This document shows, one piece after another, positions 39,717 through 49,322 of a DNA stretch of 64,000 nucleotides. The position numbers and the translations under genes were made by a program. How positions within the stretch are numbered: position 1 is the stretch's first letter; each line of letters opens with the position of its first letter. The notes below the pieces were generated by a model. That model was not told where the DNA came from. It saw only the letters and a list, made by a program, of their open reading frames with translations, and made no database searches. Origin of the DNA: Bacteriovoracaceae bacterium (GTDB taxonomy: Bacteria; Bdellovibrionota; Bacteriovoracia; Bacteriovoracales; Bacteriovoracaceae); NCBI GenBank assembly GCA_965217035.1, contig OZ244226.1, forward strand, positions 2,214,146 through 2,278,145, in the 5' to 3' direction.

Positions 39717-40571
39717 TTAGGTGACTCTTTCACTAAAGTATCTCATCGCTTCTTCAATAAACAGAGGAGATACCGTAAAGAGATCAATTGCTTTTAAGTC
39801 GAAATTTTTATTTTTAAAACTAAACTTAACATCTTTTTCTGTAAAGTTAAGACTCCCTTCCATAAATCCTCGTTTCTTTTGCTCCATCGACTTAAAGTTG
39901 AGTCGGTGAAGCTCTTTAGAAGATTTATTGAAATACATCCAATGATAAAGAGCTTCGAGATCTTCAGTATCTTGCAGGTCAGTTCTTTTAAATTCAGCAA
40001 CGATAGCTTCTGAATTTTCAAAACAATAAAGGTTTTCAGCTTGAGATAGGAGTTTGTTTCGTTTGAAGAAATAATCGACATAAGATTTTTTGAGAAGATT
40101 ATGCGACTTTATTTGAAAAGTATCCATCAGTTCAGATACCCTTTTCTCTTCTTTTTCTTTACTTTGAGGGGATACTTCTTCATAAACAGCTTCAAACTCA
40201 ATGAAGGTTCCTAAACTTTTTACTTCGTCGAGATGAACGCGAACATTATCAATGAGAAAAACTTCTCTCTTTTTATCAACAACAATCGTCGTTCCGAGCA
40301 GTTTATCAAAAAGATCTTTCACGTTATCTGGATCTTTAACCGGCATAACAGAGTAAGTACTTTTCATAGGTCCTGCTTGATAATCCTTTGAGTAAGGAAT
40401 CAGCTGAGCTTCTTCATTATTAATTTCGCGCAGTTTAAGACGACCTTGTTTTGTCTCAAAATAGGTGTCGATTTGGTGAAGAATTCCCAAGTAATCGGTT
40501 TTTAAACGTTCCGCAATTTCTTTTGCTTGAGAGAGATCATCATATTTGGCTTTGATTTCAATATTAGGCAT
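39717..40571 (-). CDS. CYTH-domain protein (class IV adenylate cyclase-like) with C-terminal extension
   Basis: NIEIKAK, QIDTYF, RLKLRE and HLDEV..LGTFIEFE motifs. Confidence 0.88.
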   Translation of the reverse strand: MPNIEIKAKYDDLSQAKEIAERLKTDYLGILHQIDTYFETKQGRLKLREINNEEAQLIPYSKDYQAGPMKSTYSVMPVKDPDNVKDLFDKLLGTTIVVDKKREVFLIDNVRVHLDEVKSLGTFIEFEAVYEEVSPQSKEKEEKRVSELMDTFQIKSHNLLKKSYVDYFFKRNKLLSQAENLYCFENSEAIVAEFKRTDLQDTEDLEALYHWMYFNKSSKELHRLNFKSMEQKKRGFMEGSLNFTEKDVKFSFKNKNFDLKAIDLFTVSPLFIEEAMRYFSERVT

Positions 40572-43168
40572 TATTGTAAAAAAGTTTGAAGTTCATAGAG
40601 TTTATCAAGTGCTTCTCGAGGACTGAGCTCATCTGGATTAATGCTCTTAAATTCTTCCTCAAGTTCTGAAGTTATTGATTCAGTTGAACTTGAAAAAATA
40701 TCCATTTGGTGGGATTGCAGTGATTCTTTTTCTTCAAGCATCGTTAAAATCTTCTGGGCCCGTCTTAAGACAGGGCTCGGAAGCCCTGCGAGTTTCGCCA
40801 CATTCAAGCCAAAACTTTGAGTGGCTCCACCTTCGATCAACTCATATAAAAATTGAATCGTACCATTGGTGTTTTTAGTTTTTACTGTGAAGTTTTTAGC
40901 TCCTTGAATTTGTTCCGCAACATCGATGAGTTCATGATAATGAGTTGAAAAGAGTGTGCGGCATTGAATTTTATTTACAAAATGTTCAAGTAAAGACCAA
41001 GCAAGACTTAAGCCATCATAAGTTGACGTCCCTCTTCCAATTTCATCCAAGATAACAAGAGAGTCCTCACTTGCATGACGGATAATTTCACTGGTCTCAC
41101 TCATCTCCACCATGAATGTTGATTGACCACCGACAATATCATCACTCGCTCCAATTCTAGAGAAAATAAAATCGCAGAGAGAAATTTTGACAGACTCAGC
41201 AGGAACGAAACATCCAAGTTGAGTGAGGAATTGAATAATAGCAACTTCTCTCATCACAGTTGTCTTACCCGCCATGTTTGGACCTGTGATTAAAGCAAAG
41301 AAATGATCTTTGGTAAGATGAATATCATGGGCCACGAATTCATCCTTAATCATTGACTTGATAAGAGGATGCCAAGCACCTTTGATGTCGATTTCTTTAC
41401 CGTTAATGAGTTGAGGGCGAATAAGATTGTACTGACTTGCAAACCAGGCAAAAGATTGAAATACATCAACTTGAGCAACCCAGTCTGATATCTCGTGTAA
41501 TGCTGAACATAAGTTCTCTACTTGATCCGTAACTTTCTTAAAAATCTTACGTTCTATTTTTGTTAATTTATCATGAGCCGTGATGAGATCATTCTCGATC
41601 TTTTCAAGTTCAGTGCAGAGAAAGCGCTCACTATTAACAAGTGTCTGTTTTCTTCTAAAGCTTTCAGGTACTTTTCTTGCTTGGTTCTTAGAAACTTCAA
41701 CAAAGTAACCATTGATATTATTCGATTTGATTTTTAAGGTTGGAATGTCGTATTTATCTCTAAATTTCTTTTCTAGTTTCTTGAGCTTCTCTGCGACTTT
41801 ATCATTAATATTGGCGAGTTCATCCCGTTCTTTAGAATAACCTTCTTTGATGAGATTTCCTTTTTGGAGATTTGCTCCAATCTCTTCACTGATGGACTTT
41901 TGGATCAGTTTTCTTAATGACTTCGCTTTTTTAAGCGAGTCTTCAGGAAGGTTATGATGACAATAATCGAGAAGAACATCGACTTCTTTTTGAATCTTTT
42001 CAAAAATTTCAAGACCTCGATAGAGATTAATGAGGTCATGGCCTTGAATTTTTTTGGTACTAAGTTTTGCTAGAATACGAGGAATATCTCGGATATTTCC
42101 TAGCTCAGTTCTTAGGAATTCAAGTTTTTCAAAGTTTTTGAGTAGGTATTCAGAGAGTTCTAGTCTTTTCTCAATAGCTTTAGGATCATTCAAAGGAGCT
42201 TGAGCGACAACCTTAAGCATCCTTCTTCCCATTGAAGATTTTGTTTTATCCATTAAAGAGATTAGTGAGTTGGAATAAGTCTCTTGGGAGCGAGGAAAGA
42301 TTTCTAATGAAGAAAGCGTTTGGTAGCTTATTTTCATTTTATTGAGAGTATTGAGGAATCGAAAAGGCTTTATGTGAGAAAAAGATTCTTCATTCTGAGT
42401 TGAAATAATATAGTAGCAAAGACTGCCAATCGGAGCGATAAAGCTTGATTCTGATTTAAGGACCTTATCTTTTTGGTAATGAGGGATGATCTTTTTGATA
42501 TAAGCAGAAGTAAACTTTTCTTCAAAATACTCAGAACTCAAATGAGTTGTAAGAACTTTTAAATTCTCTAAACATTGAGAAAGGTTTGGAAAGTTTTCAA
42601 ACTGATCAAAATAAGCAATACATTCTTTAGGAGCGAAGCTCTTTACTTTATCAATCACTTGAGCTTCGTCTGTCATTTGAAAACCGATAAAGTCTCCTGT
42701 GGTGAAATCAAGAAAAGCTAAATGAAACTTCTCTCCAATAAAAGCAAAAGAGAAAATAAAATGATTTCGGTTTTCTTCAGATTTTTCGAGATCATAAGGG
42801 ATTCCCGGACTCACGACTTGAGTGACTGCTCGCTCTACAATTCCTTTTGCATCTTTTGGATCTTGCGTTTGTTCGCAAATTGCGACTTTTTCACCAGCTT
42901 GAGTGATTTTATCAATATAGGCGCTGGCTGCATGATGAGGTATTCCAGCCATTGGAATAGCTGTATCTCCAATTTTTCCTCGATGAGTGAGAGCAATATT
43001 TAAAATTTTAGAAGTTTTTTCGGCATCCTCGAAGAAGACCTCATAGAAATCTCCCATTCGAAAAAACATAATATGATCTCGATGATTTTTTTTGATTTTA
43101 AGGTATTGCTCCATCATTGGAGTTAGTTTGTTGTATTTCTCTTTAAGGATTTCGACTGTGAGTTTGAT
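40571..43168 (-). CDS. mutS: DNA mismatch repair protein MutS (start probably ATC at 43168; first ATG at 43117)
   Basis: LTPMMEQY, FRMGDFYE, GPNMAGKT, STFMVEM, DEIGRGTST and THYHEL motifs. Confidence 0.96.
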   Translation of the reverse strand: MKLTVEILKEKYNKLTPMMEQYLKIKKNHRDHIMFFRMGDFYEVFFEDAEKTSKILNIALTHRGKIGDTAIPMAGIPHHAASAYIDKITQAGEKVAICEQTQDPKDAKGIVERAVTQVVSPGIPYDLEKSEENRNHFIFSFAFIGEKFHLAFLDFTTGDFIGFQMTDEAQVIDKVKSFAPKECIAYFDQFENFPNLSQCLENLKVLTTHLSSEYFEEKFTSAYIKKIIPHYQKDKVLKSESSFIAPIGSLCYYIISTQNEESFSHIKPFRFLNTLNKMKISYQTLSSLEIFPRSQETYSNSLISLMDKTKSSMGRRMLKVVAQAPLNDPKAIEKRLELSEYLLKNFEKLEFLRTELGNIRDIPRILAKLSTKKIQGHDLINLYRGLEIFEKIQKEVDVLLDYCHHNLPEDSLKKAKSLRKLIQKSISEEIGANLQKGNLIKEGYSKERDELANINDKVAEKLKKLEKKFRDKYDIPTLKIKSNNINGYFVEVSKNQARKVPESFRRKQTLVNSERFLCTELEKIENDLITAHDKLTKIERKIFKKVTDQVENLCSALHEISDWVAQVDVFQSFAWFASQYNLIRPQLINGKEIDIKGAWHPLIKSMIKDEFVAHDIHLTKDHFFALITGPNMAGKTTVMREVAIIQFLTQLGCFVPAESVKISLCDFIFSRIGASDDIVGGQSTFMVEMSETSEIIRHASEDSLVILDEIGRGTSTYDGLSLAWSLLEHFVNKIQCRTLFSTHYHELIDVAEQIQGAKNFTVKTKNTNGTIQFLYELIEGGATQSFGLNVAKLAGLPSPVLRRAQKILTMLEEKESLQSHQMDIFSSSTESITSELEEEFKSINPDELSPREALDKLYELQTFLQ

Positions 43169-43271
43169 GGTTAAGTCCTTGATGTTACGGAAGTATTTTA
43201 GTCGGTCTTTTAAGATTATCGGATTATAAAATTACCGTCAAAGCATTACTCACTGAGCGAAATAGAGTAAA

Positions 43272-44255
43272 ATGATGAGAATGCAATTAATCTCTTTTTA
43301 TACTATTTGGGCGCTGCTTCTTGTTCATATTTTTAATCTACTTTTGGTGCGCCCCGCGCAAAAAGATGGGGATGTGTCTCTCTCTTCCAACGAAGTGAAT
43401 GAAATGGAAGTCTTTCAAGATATTCGTTTCTACTTAACCGAAGAAGAAAAACCTCGAGTCAATTTTGAATCAAGTCGACTTGAAGTTTTACCGACTCAGG
43501 CGAAATTTATTTCACCGAGTGGGAATGTTTATGATGAAAAAGGGAGAGATTTATTTTTTAAATCTGAATCAGGTTCTTATTCTAGAGAAAACAATACCCT
43601 TTCACTATTTGGAAAGGTGAAGCTTAACTATGAAGACTTTCTCCTTACCTGTGAAAATGGATTCTATGATTTGAATAAAAAGTTATTTAAAGGAAAAGGG
43701 AAAGTGGTTTCTAATGGAATTGATAATAGGACAAAGGATAAATTAAAAATTAAAAGCCAGAAGGTTTATTCTTATCCAATGAAAAAGTGGTCACGCTTTG
43801 ATGGTGATGTCACTGGAAGAATCTCTAGAAAGAGAAAATACCAAGGAAGTTTTGATTTTGAAGCTGAGCAAATTCAAGTCGATCTTTTAAAGTCAAAGGT
43901 TGATCTTAAAGAGGACGTGAAGATCAAGCGAACAAATATGCTTCTAAGTGCTCAAAATAGCTCAATATTCCTTGAAAACTATACAAAAAAACTAAAGTAC
44001 TACGAGCTTTCAGACGATGTCGTTATTAAGCAAACATTTAGGGAGAGGGCATCCGGCCGGACAATCAAGCGTACCGCTTATTCTGAAAAATTAGAAGGTT
44101 TTGTAAAAGATCGAAAAGTCATTCTTACGGGAGCACCACGTGTACTCAGTAATCAAGATATCATTAGAGGCTCAAGAATTGTCCTTAGAGAAAATGCGAG
44201 TATAGTAGAAGTAGACGATTCGACTTCAAGAATTAATTATCGGAATCAAAAATAA
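43272..44255 (+). CDS. LptC/LptA(OstA)-like LPS transport protein, apparently two beta-jellyroll domains
   Basis: N-terminal TM, beta-rich sequence with LFGKVKL and ILTGAPRV..D.IRG..I motifs; directly upstream of lptB. Confidence 0.7.
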   Translation: MMRMQLISFYTIWALLLVHIFNLLLVRPAQKDGDVSLSSNEVNEMEVFQDIRFYLTEEEKPRVNFESSRLEVLPTQAKFISPSGNVYDEKGRDLFFKSESGSYSRENNTLSLFGKVKLNYEDFLLTCENGFYDLNKKLFKGKGKVVSNGIDNRTKDKLKIKSQKVYSYPMKKWSRFDGDVTGRISRKRKYQGSFDFEAEQIQVDLLKSKVDLKEDVKIKRTNMLLSAQNSSIFLENYTKKLKYYELSDDVVIKQTFRERASGRTIKRTAYSEKLEGFVKDRKVILTGAPRVLSNQDIIRGSRIVLRENASIVEVDDSTSRINYRNQK

Positions 44256-44989
44256 TGACAGAACAAGCTCTTACATTTTCAGGAACTGACCTAAAAAAAT
44301 CTTATCATGGAAGGCAAGTTGTTAAAGGGGTGAGCTTCTCGATCAAACAAGGTGAAATTGTAGGTCTTCTTGGCCCAAACGGGGCGGGAAAGACAACCTC
44401 TTTTTATATGATGGTAGGCTTAGTAAGCGCGGATAATGGACAAATTGTTTTAGGAAGAGAGGATTTAACTGAGCAACCCCTACATAAAAGGGCCGTAAAG
44501 GGTATTGGCTATTTACCGCAAGAAGCCTCTGTTTTTAGAGAACTCTCAGTTGAGGACAATATCCTGAGCGTTCTTGAATTAAGAAATCATTCGACTCGAA
44601 AGAAGAAGACAATCCTCGATCAACTTATTTCTGACTTCTCATTAGAAAAAATTCGAAAGTCCTTAGGACGTGAGCTTTCAGGAGGAGAAAGAAGAAGAGT
44701 TGAAATCGCAAGAACTTTGGCGCTGGGGCCTAAGTTTGTTTTACTTGATGAACCTTTTGCTGGAGTTGATCCACTTGCTGTCAGCGATATTCATAAGATC
44801 GTTAAAAACTTGGTTAGCCAAGAGATTGGCGTTTTAATTACTGATCATAATGTCCGAGAAACATTAGGAATCGTTGATAGGGCCTATATTATGAATCAAG
44901 GAGAGCTTTTGATTTCAGGGACACCTGAAGAACTTCTTAATTCCGAAGTCGCGCGAGAGCACTACCTTGGAGAAGACTTTAAACTCTAA
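44255..44989 (+). CDS. lptB: LPS export ABC transporter ATP-binding protein
   Basis: GPNGAGKTT, YLPQEASVFR, LSGGERRR, DEPFAGVDP and TDHNVRETL motifs. Confidence 0.97.
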   Translation: MTEQALTFSGTDLKKSYHGRQVVKGVSFSIKQGEIVGLLGPNGAGKTTSFYMMVGLVSADNGQIVLGREDLTEQPLHKRAVKGIGYLPQEASVFRELSVEDNILSVLELRNHSTRKKKTILDQLISDFSLEKIRKSLGRELSGGERRRVEIARTLALGPKFVLLDEPFAGVDPLAVSDIHKIVKNLVSQEIGVLITDHNVRETLGIVDRAYIMNQGELLISGTPEELLNSEVAREHYLGEDFKL

Positions 44990-45378
44990 TCTTTATCTCT
45001 AACAGTGATTCTTAGTTTGCCAATATAAGTATCAAGTTCTTCCTCTAGCTTTCCAGTATTTTTGTTCTTCTTATAAATATAAGTCAGGTTTTTAAAACAA
45101 ACTTCGATTTCTTTTTTGTTATGTCTATTAAGATATCGAAATTCACCTTGTTCCATTTCTAGAGCATGAATAATTTGTCTTGCGATACTTGTGTTGTCGG
45201 CTTCTAAATAGTTTCTCTCATTTAGATCTTTGATAAAATAAGTGTAACCAACTGATCCGATCTTTCCACCAAAATAACCTTTTGCATAGCTCGATTCTAG
45301 AACGAGAAAGCAAGTTTCATTAGAGTAACTCGTTGAGACTGTTAGGAGTGTTAGTAAAAGGAAGATTAGCTTTTTCAT
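44986..45378 (-). CDS. hypothetical secreted protein
   Basis: 130 aa with signal peptide; SD aagga. Confidence 0.65.
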   Translation of the reverse strand: MKKLIFLLLTLLTVSTSYSNETCFLVLESSYAKGYFGGKIGSVGYTYFIKDLNERNYLEADNTSIARQIIHALEMEQGEFRYLNRHNKKEIEVCFKNLTYIYKKNKNTGKLEEELDTYIGKLRITVRDKD

Positions 45379-45790
45379 TTTTTCCTTATTTTTAATTTTT
45401 ATAGATGTAACAAGAGGGTTTTAGATTTTTCTACCTTATTATAAGGAGCTTCTATTACTTTATAACAGGTGTTCTTAGCTGAGCATGCTTGAGAAAGAAA
45501 TAAGGCTAAAGCGATCATAGTCGTTTTCATCAAGATCTCCGGTTAAGTTACCTTGTAAGCTATATATTCAAGTGTCGTACCAAGTTTAACACCAAAATTT
45601 GAGAGGTGAGCAAGTATTGATCACTAAGTATTTGAGGGCCGCATAAAAAGTAGACAGTTATTTTGCCCAAGCCTTAGTCAAAATGTAGAGAGCTTTAACT
45701 TTTAAACAAAAAAACTCAAGTTTTTTGTGGAGGTCTCCGATAAGAACAATGGAGCTAGAAGTCCTTAAAATTAAAAGGGAATAGGAAGCT

Positions 45791-47251
45791 ATGGCAATCA
45801 AAATGAATCAAAGTCTGAAGCAGAGTCAAAACCTGGCGATGACACCCCAATTGCAACAGGCAATTAAATTGCTGACCCTCACTCATATGGAGATGACTGA
45901 TGTTATTGCCCAGGAGATGGTCGAAAACCCCATGTTAGAAGAGATGGGTGGAGAGAGATCTGCAGAAGAAGCAGCAGGGGATAAAAGTTTAGAGTCGGTA
46001 GAAGTTAAAGCTGATGACTTTTCAGGTCCTGAAATTGTTGAAGGCGGAAAAGAAGAATTCGATTGGGAAAAATATGTTGATGCTTACAATAGTACCTCTT
46101 CTTCTCCAAGAAGTGCTTCAGAGTTCAATACAAATGATGAACAGCCTGATTTTGAAAATATGGTTTCACAAGATGTTTCACTTCCTGAACATCTTGAATG
46201 GCAGATTCGTATGGAAAGCTACGACGAGAGTGAACTCGAATTGGCCTTGACAATTATCCATAATATTAATGACGATGGATTCCTCGAATCACCGCTTGAA
46301 GAAATTTTAAAAGATAATAAATTAGATTTTAAACTAGAAGACGCAGAAGATATTCTTGCTGTGATTCAGCGGCTTGATCCCGTAGGTTGTGGAGCTAAGG
46401 ATACAAAAGAAGCTCTTTTAATTCAGGCAAGAGCTGTTCCTGGTCGAGCTCCTTTGGCAGAAGCTATTATTGAGAATCACCTTCAAGATCTTTATCAGAA
46501 AAACTATGATACTATTTCAAAAGCAACAGGATCGAATTCTGATAATATCAAAGCGGCTGAGATGATTATCATGACTTTTCATCCAAGACCTGGTCGTCTG
46601 GTAGCATCGGAGCAAACTCATTATGTTGTTCCTGATATCTATGTAAAAGAAATTAGTGGAGAACTCGTTATTAAGCTTAATAATGAGGGAGTACCTCGTC
46701 TGAGAATTTCAAAGCTTTATCAGTCGCTTCTTAAAACAAAAGATCGTGATGATCCAAAGGCGAAAGAATTTATCCAAGAGAAGCTTCGTTCAGCCCTTTG
46801 GCTTATTAAATCGATTGAGAATCGTCAAAAAACAATTGAAAAGGTTGCTAATGCGATCGTAGCCTATCAACCTGACTTTTTTAAAAAAGGAGCGGAGTTT
46901 CTTAAACCAATGATCCTAAAAGATATTGCGCAAGAAGTTGGTATGCACGAATCAACAATCTCTCGCGTGACTACAAATAAGTTCATGCACACTCCACTTG
47001 GTGTTTATGAGTTGAAGTATTTCTTCAGTAGTGGTGTTGGTGGAAAAAATGGTGGAACAGATATTGCGAGTGAGAGCTTAAAATTAAAGATTAAAGGGCT
47101 TATTGATAAAGAAGATCCTCGTAAACCATTATCGGATCAAAAAATTGCCACTTTTTTGAGCGAAGATGGAATTGAAGTTGCGAGACGAACTGTTGCTAAA
47201 TATAGAGAATCACTTGGAATCCTTTCTTCTTCGAAGAGAAAAAGAAAATAG
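45791..47251 (+). CDS. rpoN: RNA polymerase sigma-54 factor
   Basis: MTPQLQQAIKLL, HESTISR and RpoN box ARRTVAKYRE. Confidence 0.98.
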   Translation: MAIKMNQSLKQSQNLAMTPQLQQAIKLLTLTHMEMTDVIAQEMVENPMLEEMGGERSAEEAAGDKSLESVEVKADDFSGPEIVEGGKEEFDWEKYVDAYNSTSSSPRSASEFNTNDEQPDFENMVSQDVSLPEHLEWQIRMESYDESELELALTIIHNINDDGFLESPLEEILKDNKLDFKLEDAEDILAVIQRLDPVGCGAKDTKEALLIQARAVPGRAPLAEAIIENHLQDLYQKNYDTISKATGSNSDNIKAAEMIIMTFHPRPGRLVASEQTHYVVPDIYVKEISGELVIKLNNEGVPRLRISKLYQSLLKTKDRDDPKAKEFIQEKLRSALWLIKSIENRQKTIEKVANAIVAYQPDFFKKGAEFLKPMILKDIAQEVGMHESTISRVTTNKFMHTPLGVYELKYFFSSGVGGKNGGTDIASESLKLKIKGLIDKEDPRKPLSDQKIATFLSEDGIEVARRTVAKYRESLGILSSSKRKRK

Positions 47252-47306
47252 ATGATAAACTAATCGGACGTGTTTCTACGTTCAAAGACGTATTGCCGGA
47301 GGTTTT

Positions 47307-47702
47307 ATGCACTTAAGTACGTGTTTCAAAAATGTCGAACAGACACCCATGCTTAACAAAAGAATTGAAAATGAAACCAAAAAACTTGAAAAATTTTTTA
47401 ATGGACGTGTGCAAGTCCAATGGACCTGTATTAAAGAAATGGGGAAACACACTACAGTCATAAGACTTTTAGGTCCTCAAATAGAGTATAGTGCTAAAGC
47501 AACAGAAGGGAATGCTCTTAAATCATTGAGCTCCGCCTCTACAAAGATGATTAAGCAATTAAGAAAACGAAAAGATAAAATTAAACACAGTATTAATCGA
47601 AAAAATCTTTCTTCTCCGAAGCATGCTCAAATCCACAAACTCGAACGTTCTGAAGAAATTGAGCAAGAGTATATTGAAGAAGATGTTATCATAGCAGCTT
47701 AA
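47307..47702 (+). CDS. hpf: HPF/RaiA-family ribosome-associated protein (divergent)
   Basis: Lies after rpoN; KLEKFF and K...QLRK.KDK segments. Confidence 0.65.
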   Translation: MHLSTCFKNVEQTPMLNKRIENETKKLEKFFNGRVQVQWTCIKEMGKHTTVIRLLGPQIEYSAKATEGNALKSLSSASTKMIKQLRKRKDKIKHSINRKNLSSPKHAQIHKLERSEEIEQEYIEEDVIIAA

Positions 47703-48406
47703 TGAAAATTTTAATTATTATTGCGATGGAAGCTGAAGCCAAGGGAATTGTCTCAGGGCTTCAGCTTCAATCTATAAATAATCCCTTTAAAAGCTTTCCT
47801 TCTCGTGTCTACCAAGGGGAGTTTAGTTCGCATCAGGTTTCTCTTGTTTCGAATGGAGAATATGAGACGGAGCCAAAAGTTTCGATGGTTGGAACAGAGC
47901 CAGGTGCTGTTGTTACTAAGTTAGCAATTGATTATTTTGAACCCGAACTTGTTATTAATATGGGAACTGCCGGAGGAAGAAAAGAGTCGGGAACAGATAT
48001 CGGAGATATTGTCCTTGCAAAAAATATCTTCTTTCATGATAGACAAGTTGGAATTCCAGGCTATAAGGAAAGGTCGATTGGAAACTTCAAAACTTGGGAG
48101 CGTTCAGAAGAGCTTGCTCAGAAATTAAGTGCTAAGTTTTCGTCTATCAGCACGGGGAACTCCTTTGAGATGAATGAGCTTGATAGTGTCCGGCTTAATG
48201 AATTTCAGTCTGAAGCAAAGGATATGGAAGTTGCCGCAGTTGCATGGGTCTGTGATTTAGCAAGTATTCCCTTATTATCCATGAAGTCGATTACAGACCT
48301 TATTGATTATCATGAAGAAACATCAGAGGAACAGTTTTTTGCGAATCTTCAAACCGCTTGTGAGAACCTTGCTAAAAAAGCCAAAGAACTTCTAGAGTTT
48401 ATTTAG
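47702..48406 (+). CDS. mtnN: 5'-methylthioadenosine/S-adenosylhomocysteine nucleosidase
   Basis: IAMEAEA, INMGTAGG, STGNS, KDMEVAAVA and KSITD motifs. Confidence 0.88.
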   Translation: MKILIIIAMEAEAKGIVSGLQLQSINNPFKSFPSRVYQGEFSSHQVSLVSNGEYETEPKVSMVGTEPGAVVTKLAIDYFEPELVINMGTAGGRKESGTDIGDIVLAKNIFFHDRQVGIPGYKERSIGNFKTWERSEELAQKLSAKFSSISTGNSFEMNELDSVRLNEFQSEAKDMEVAAVAWVCDLASIPLLSMKSITDLIDYHEETSEEQFFANLQTACENLAKKAKELLEFI

Positions 48407-49322
48407 TTGTAGAGCAACTTGCTCCACCTAAGACACAAAACTGAGCACAAAACTTATGATTGAGTTGAACTCTTGTCTTGGCATCCTTAAGAGTTGAGCC
48501 CATCTCAAATTGTTTATCGTAGGCAAGCAAAGTACAGGGAAGCACAACAGGGGAACCTTCTCCTTTTCTTTTGACAACCATTCTTTCTGTCGCGCACATT
48601 TGATCTTCAGGGCGTTTGCTGAGGATATCCCAACAGGCAGTTGTAATTTCAGGGACTTCTTTATTGAGGTCCATTTCTGGGAAGACGACTAATTTCTCGG
48701 AAAGCTTATCTCCAAAGTTTACGTTTATCTCAGCCATAAGATTTTCATAACCAATCCTTGCTTCATTAAGGTCTTCATTAGTAAGAGAGCGCCCAGCGAG
48801 ACTTAAGTTAAAACCTTCAGTATGAAGCCAGCGAATCATTTCGAGAGTTTTATCAAAAGTGTTATTACCACGTTCTTTTTCGTGGATTCCTTTTGTGTAA
48901 TGATCAAGAGAAACTCTAATATGGAGTTGGTCTTGAAATTTTTTTTTCAACTCAGTTAAGTTCTCTTTATGTCTTTTGATCGCATTGAAAGCATTTGTGA
49001 GAACAAGACAATGATGGCCATATTCAAGAATACTTGTGATGACCGGAATTATATGAGGATTTAAAAAAGGCTCTCCTCCTGTTAAGCCGATGAGATTGAC
49101 CTCTTTATATTCTTTTAGCTCTTTAAGGTAAGGGAGAACATCATCCTTGGATATATAGCTGAGACGGTCATTCGTAGGGGTTGATTCAATATAACAATTA
49201 TCGCAACTTAGATTGCAACGAGTTCCTGTGTTGAACCATAGCGTTTTAAGTTCAGTAAGATCGACAAAAGCTCGTGTCTCATCTTTTGCAGTGACAAAAG
49301 GGTCTTGGAACTTTGTTAACAA
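48399..49322 (-). CDS. radical SAM protein (ArsS-related)
   Basis: LWFNTGTRCNLSCDNCY (CxxxCxxC), TGGEP, VLTNA, C-terminal HKFCAQFCVLGGASC. Confidence 0.85.
   Translation of the reverse strand: MLTKFQDPFVTAKDETRAFVDLTELKTLWFNTGTRCNLSCDNCYIESTPTNDRLSYISKDDVLPYLKELKEYKEVNLIGLTGGEPFLNPHIIPVITSILEYGHHCLVLTNAFNAIKRHKENLTELKKKFQDQLHIRVSLDHYTKGIHEKERGNNTFDKTLEMIRWLHTEGFNLSLAGRSLTNEDLNEARIGYENLMAEINVNFGDKLSEKLVVFPEMDLNKEVPEITTACWDILSKRPEDQMCATERMVVKRKGEGSPVVLPCTLLAYDKQFEMGSTLKDAKTRVQLNHKFCAQFCVLGGASCSTTK

Noticed and set aside
43186..43191. TACGGA upstream of mutS as a LexA box
   Set aside because: Half-site only; no TCCGTA at N5 spacing.
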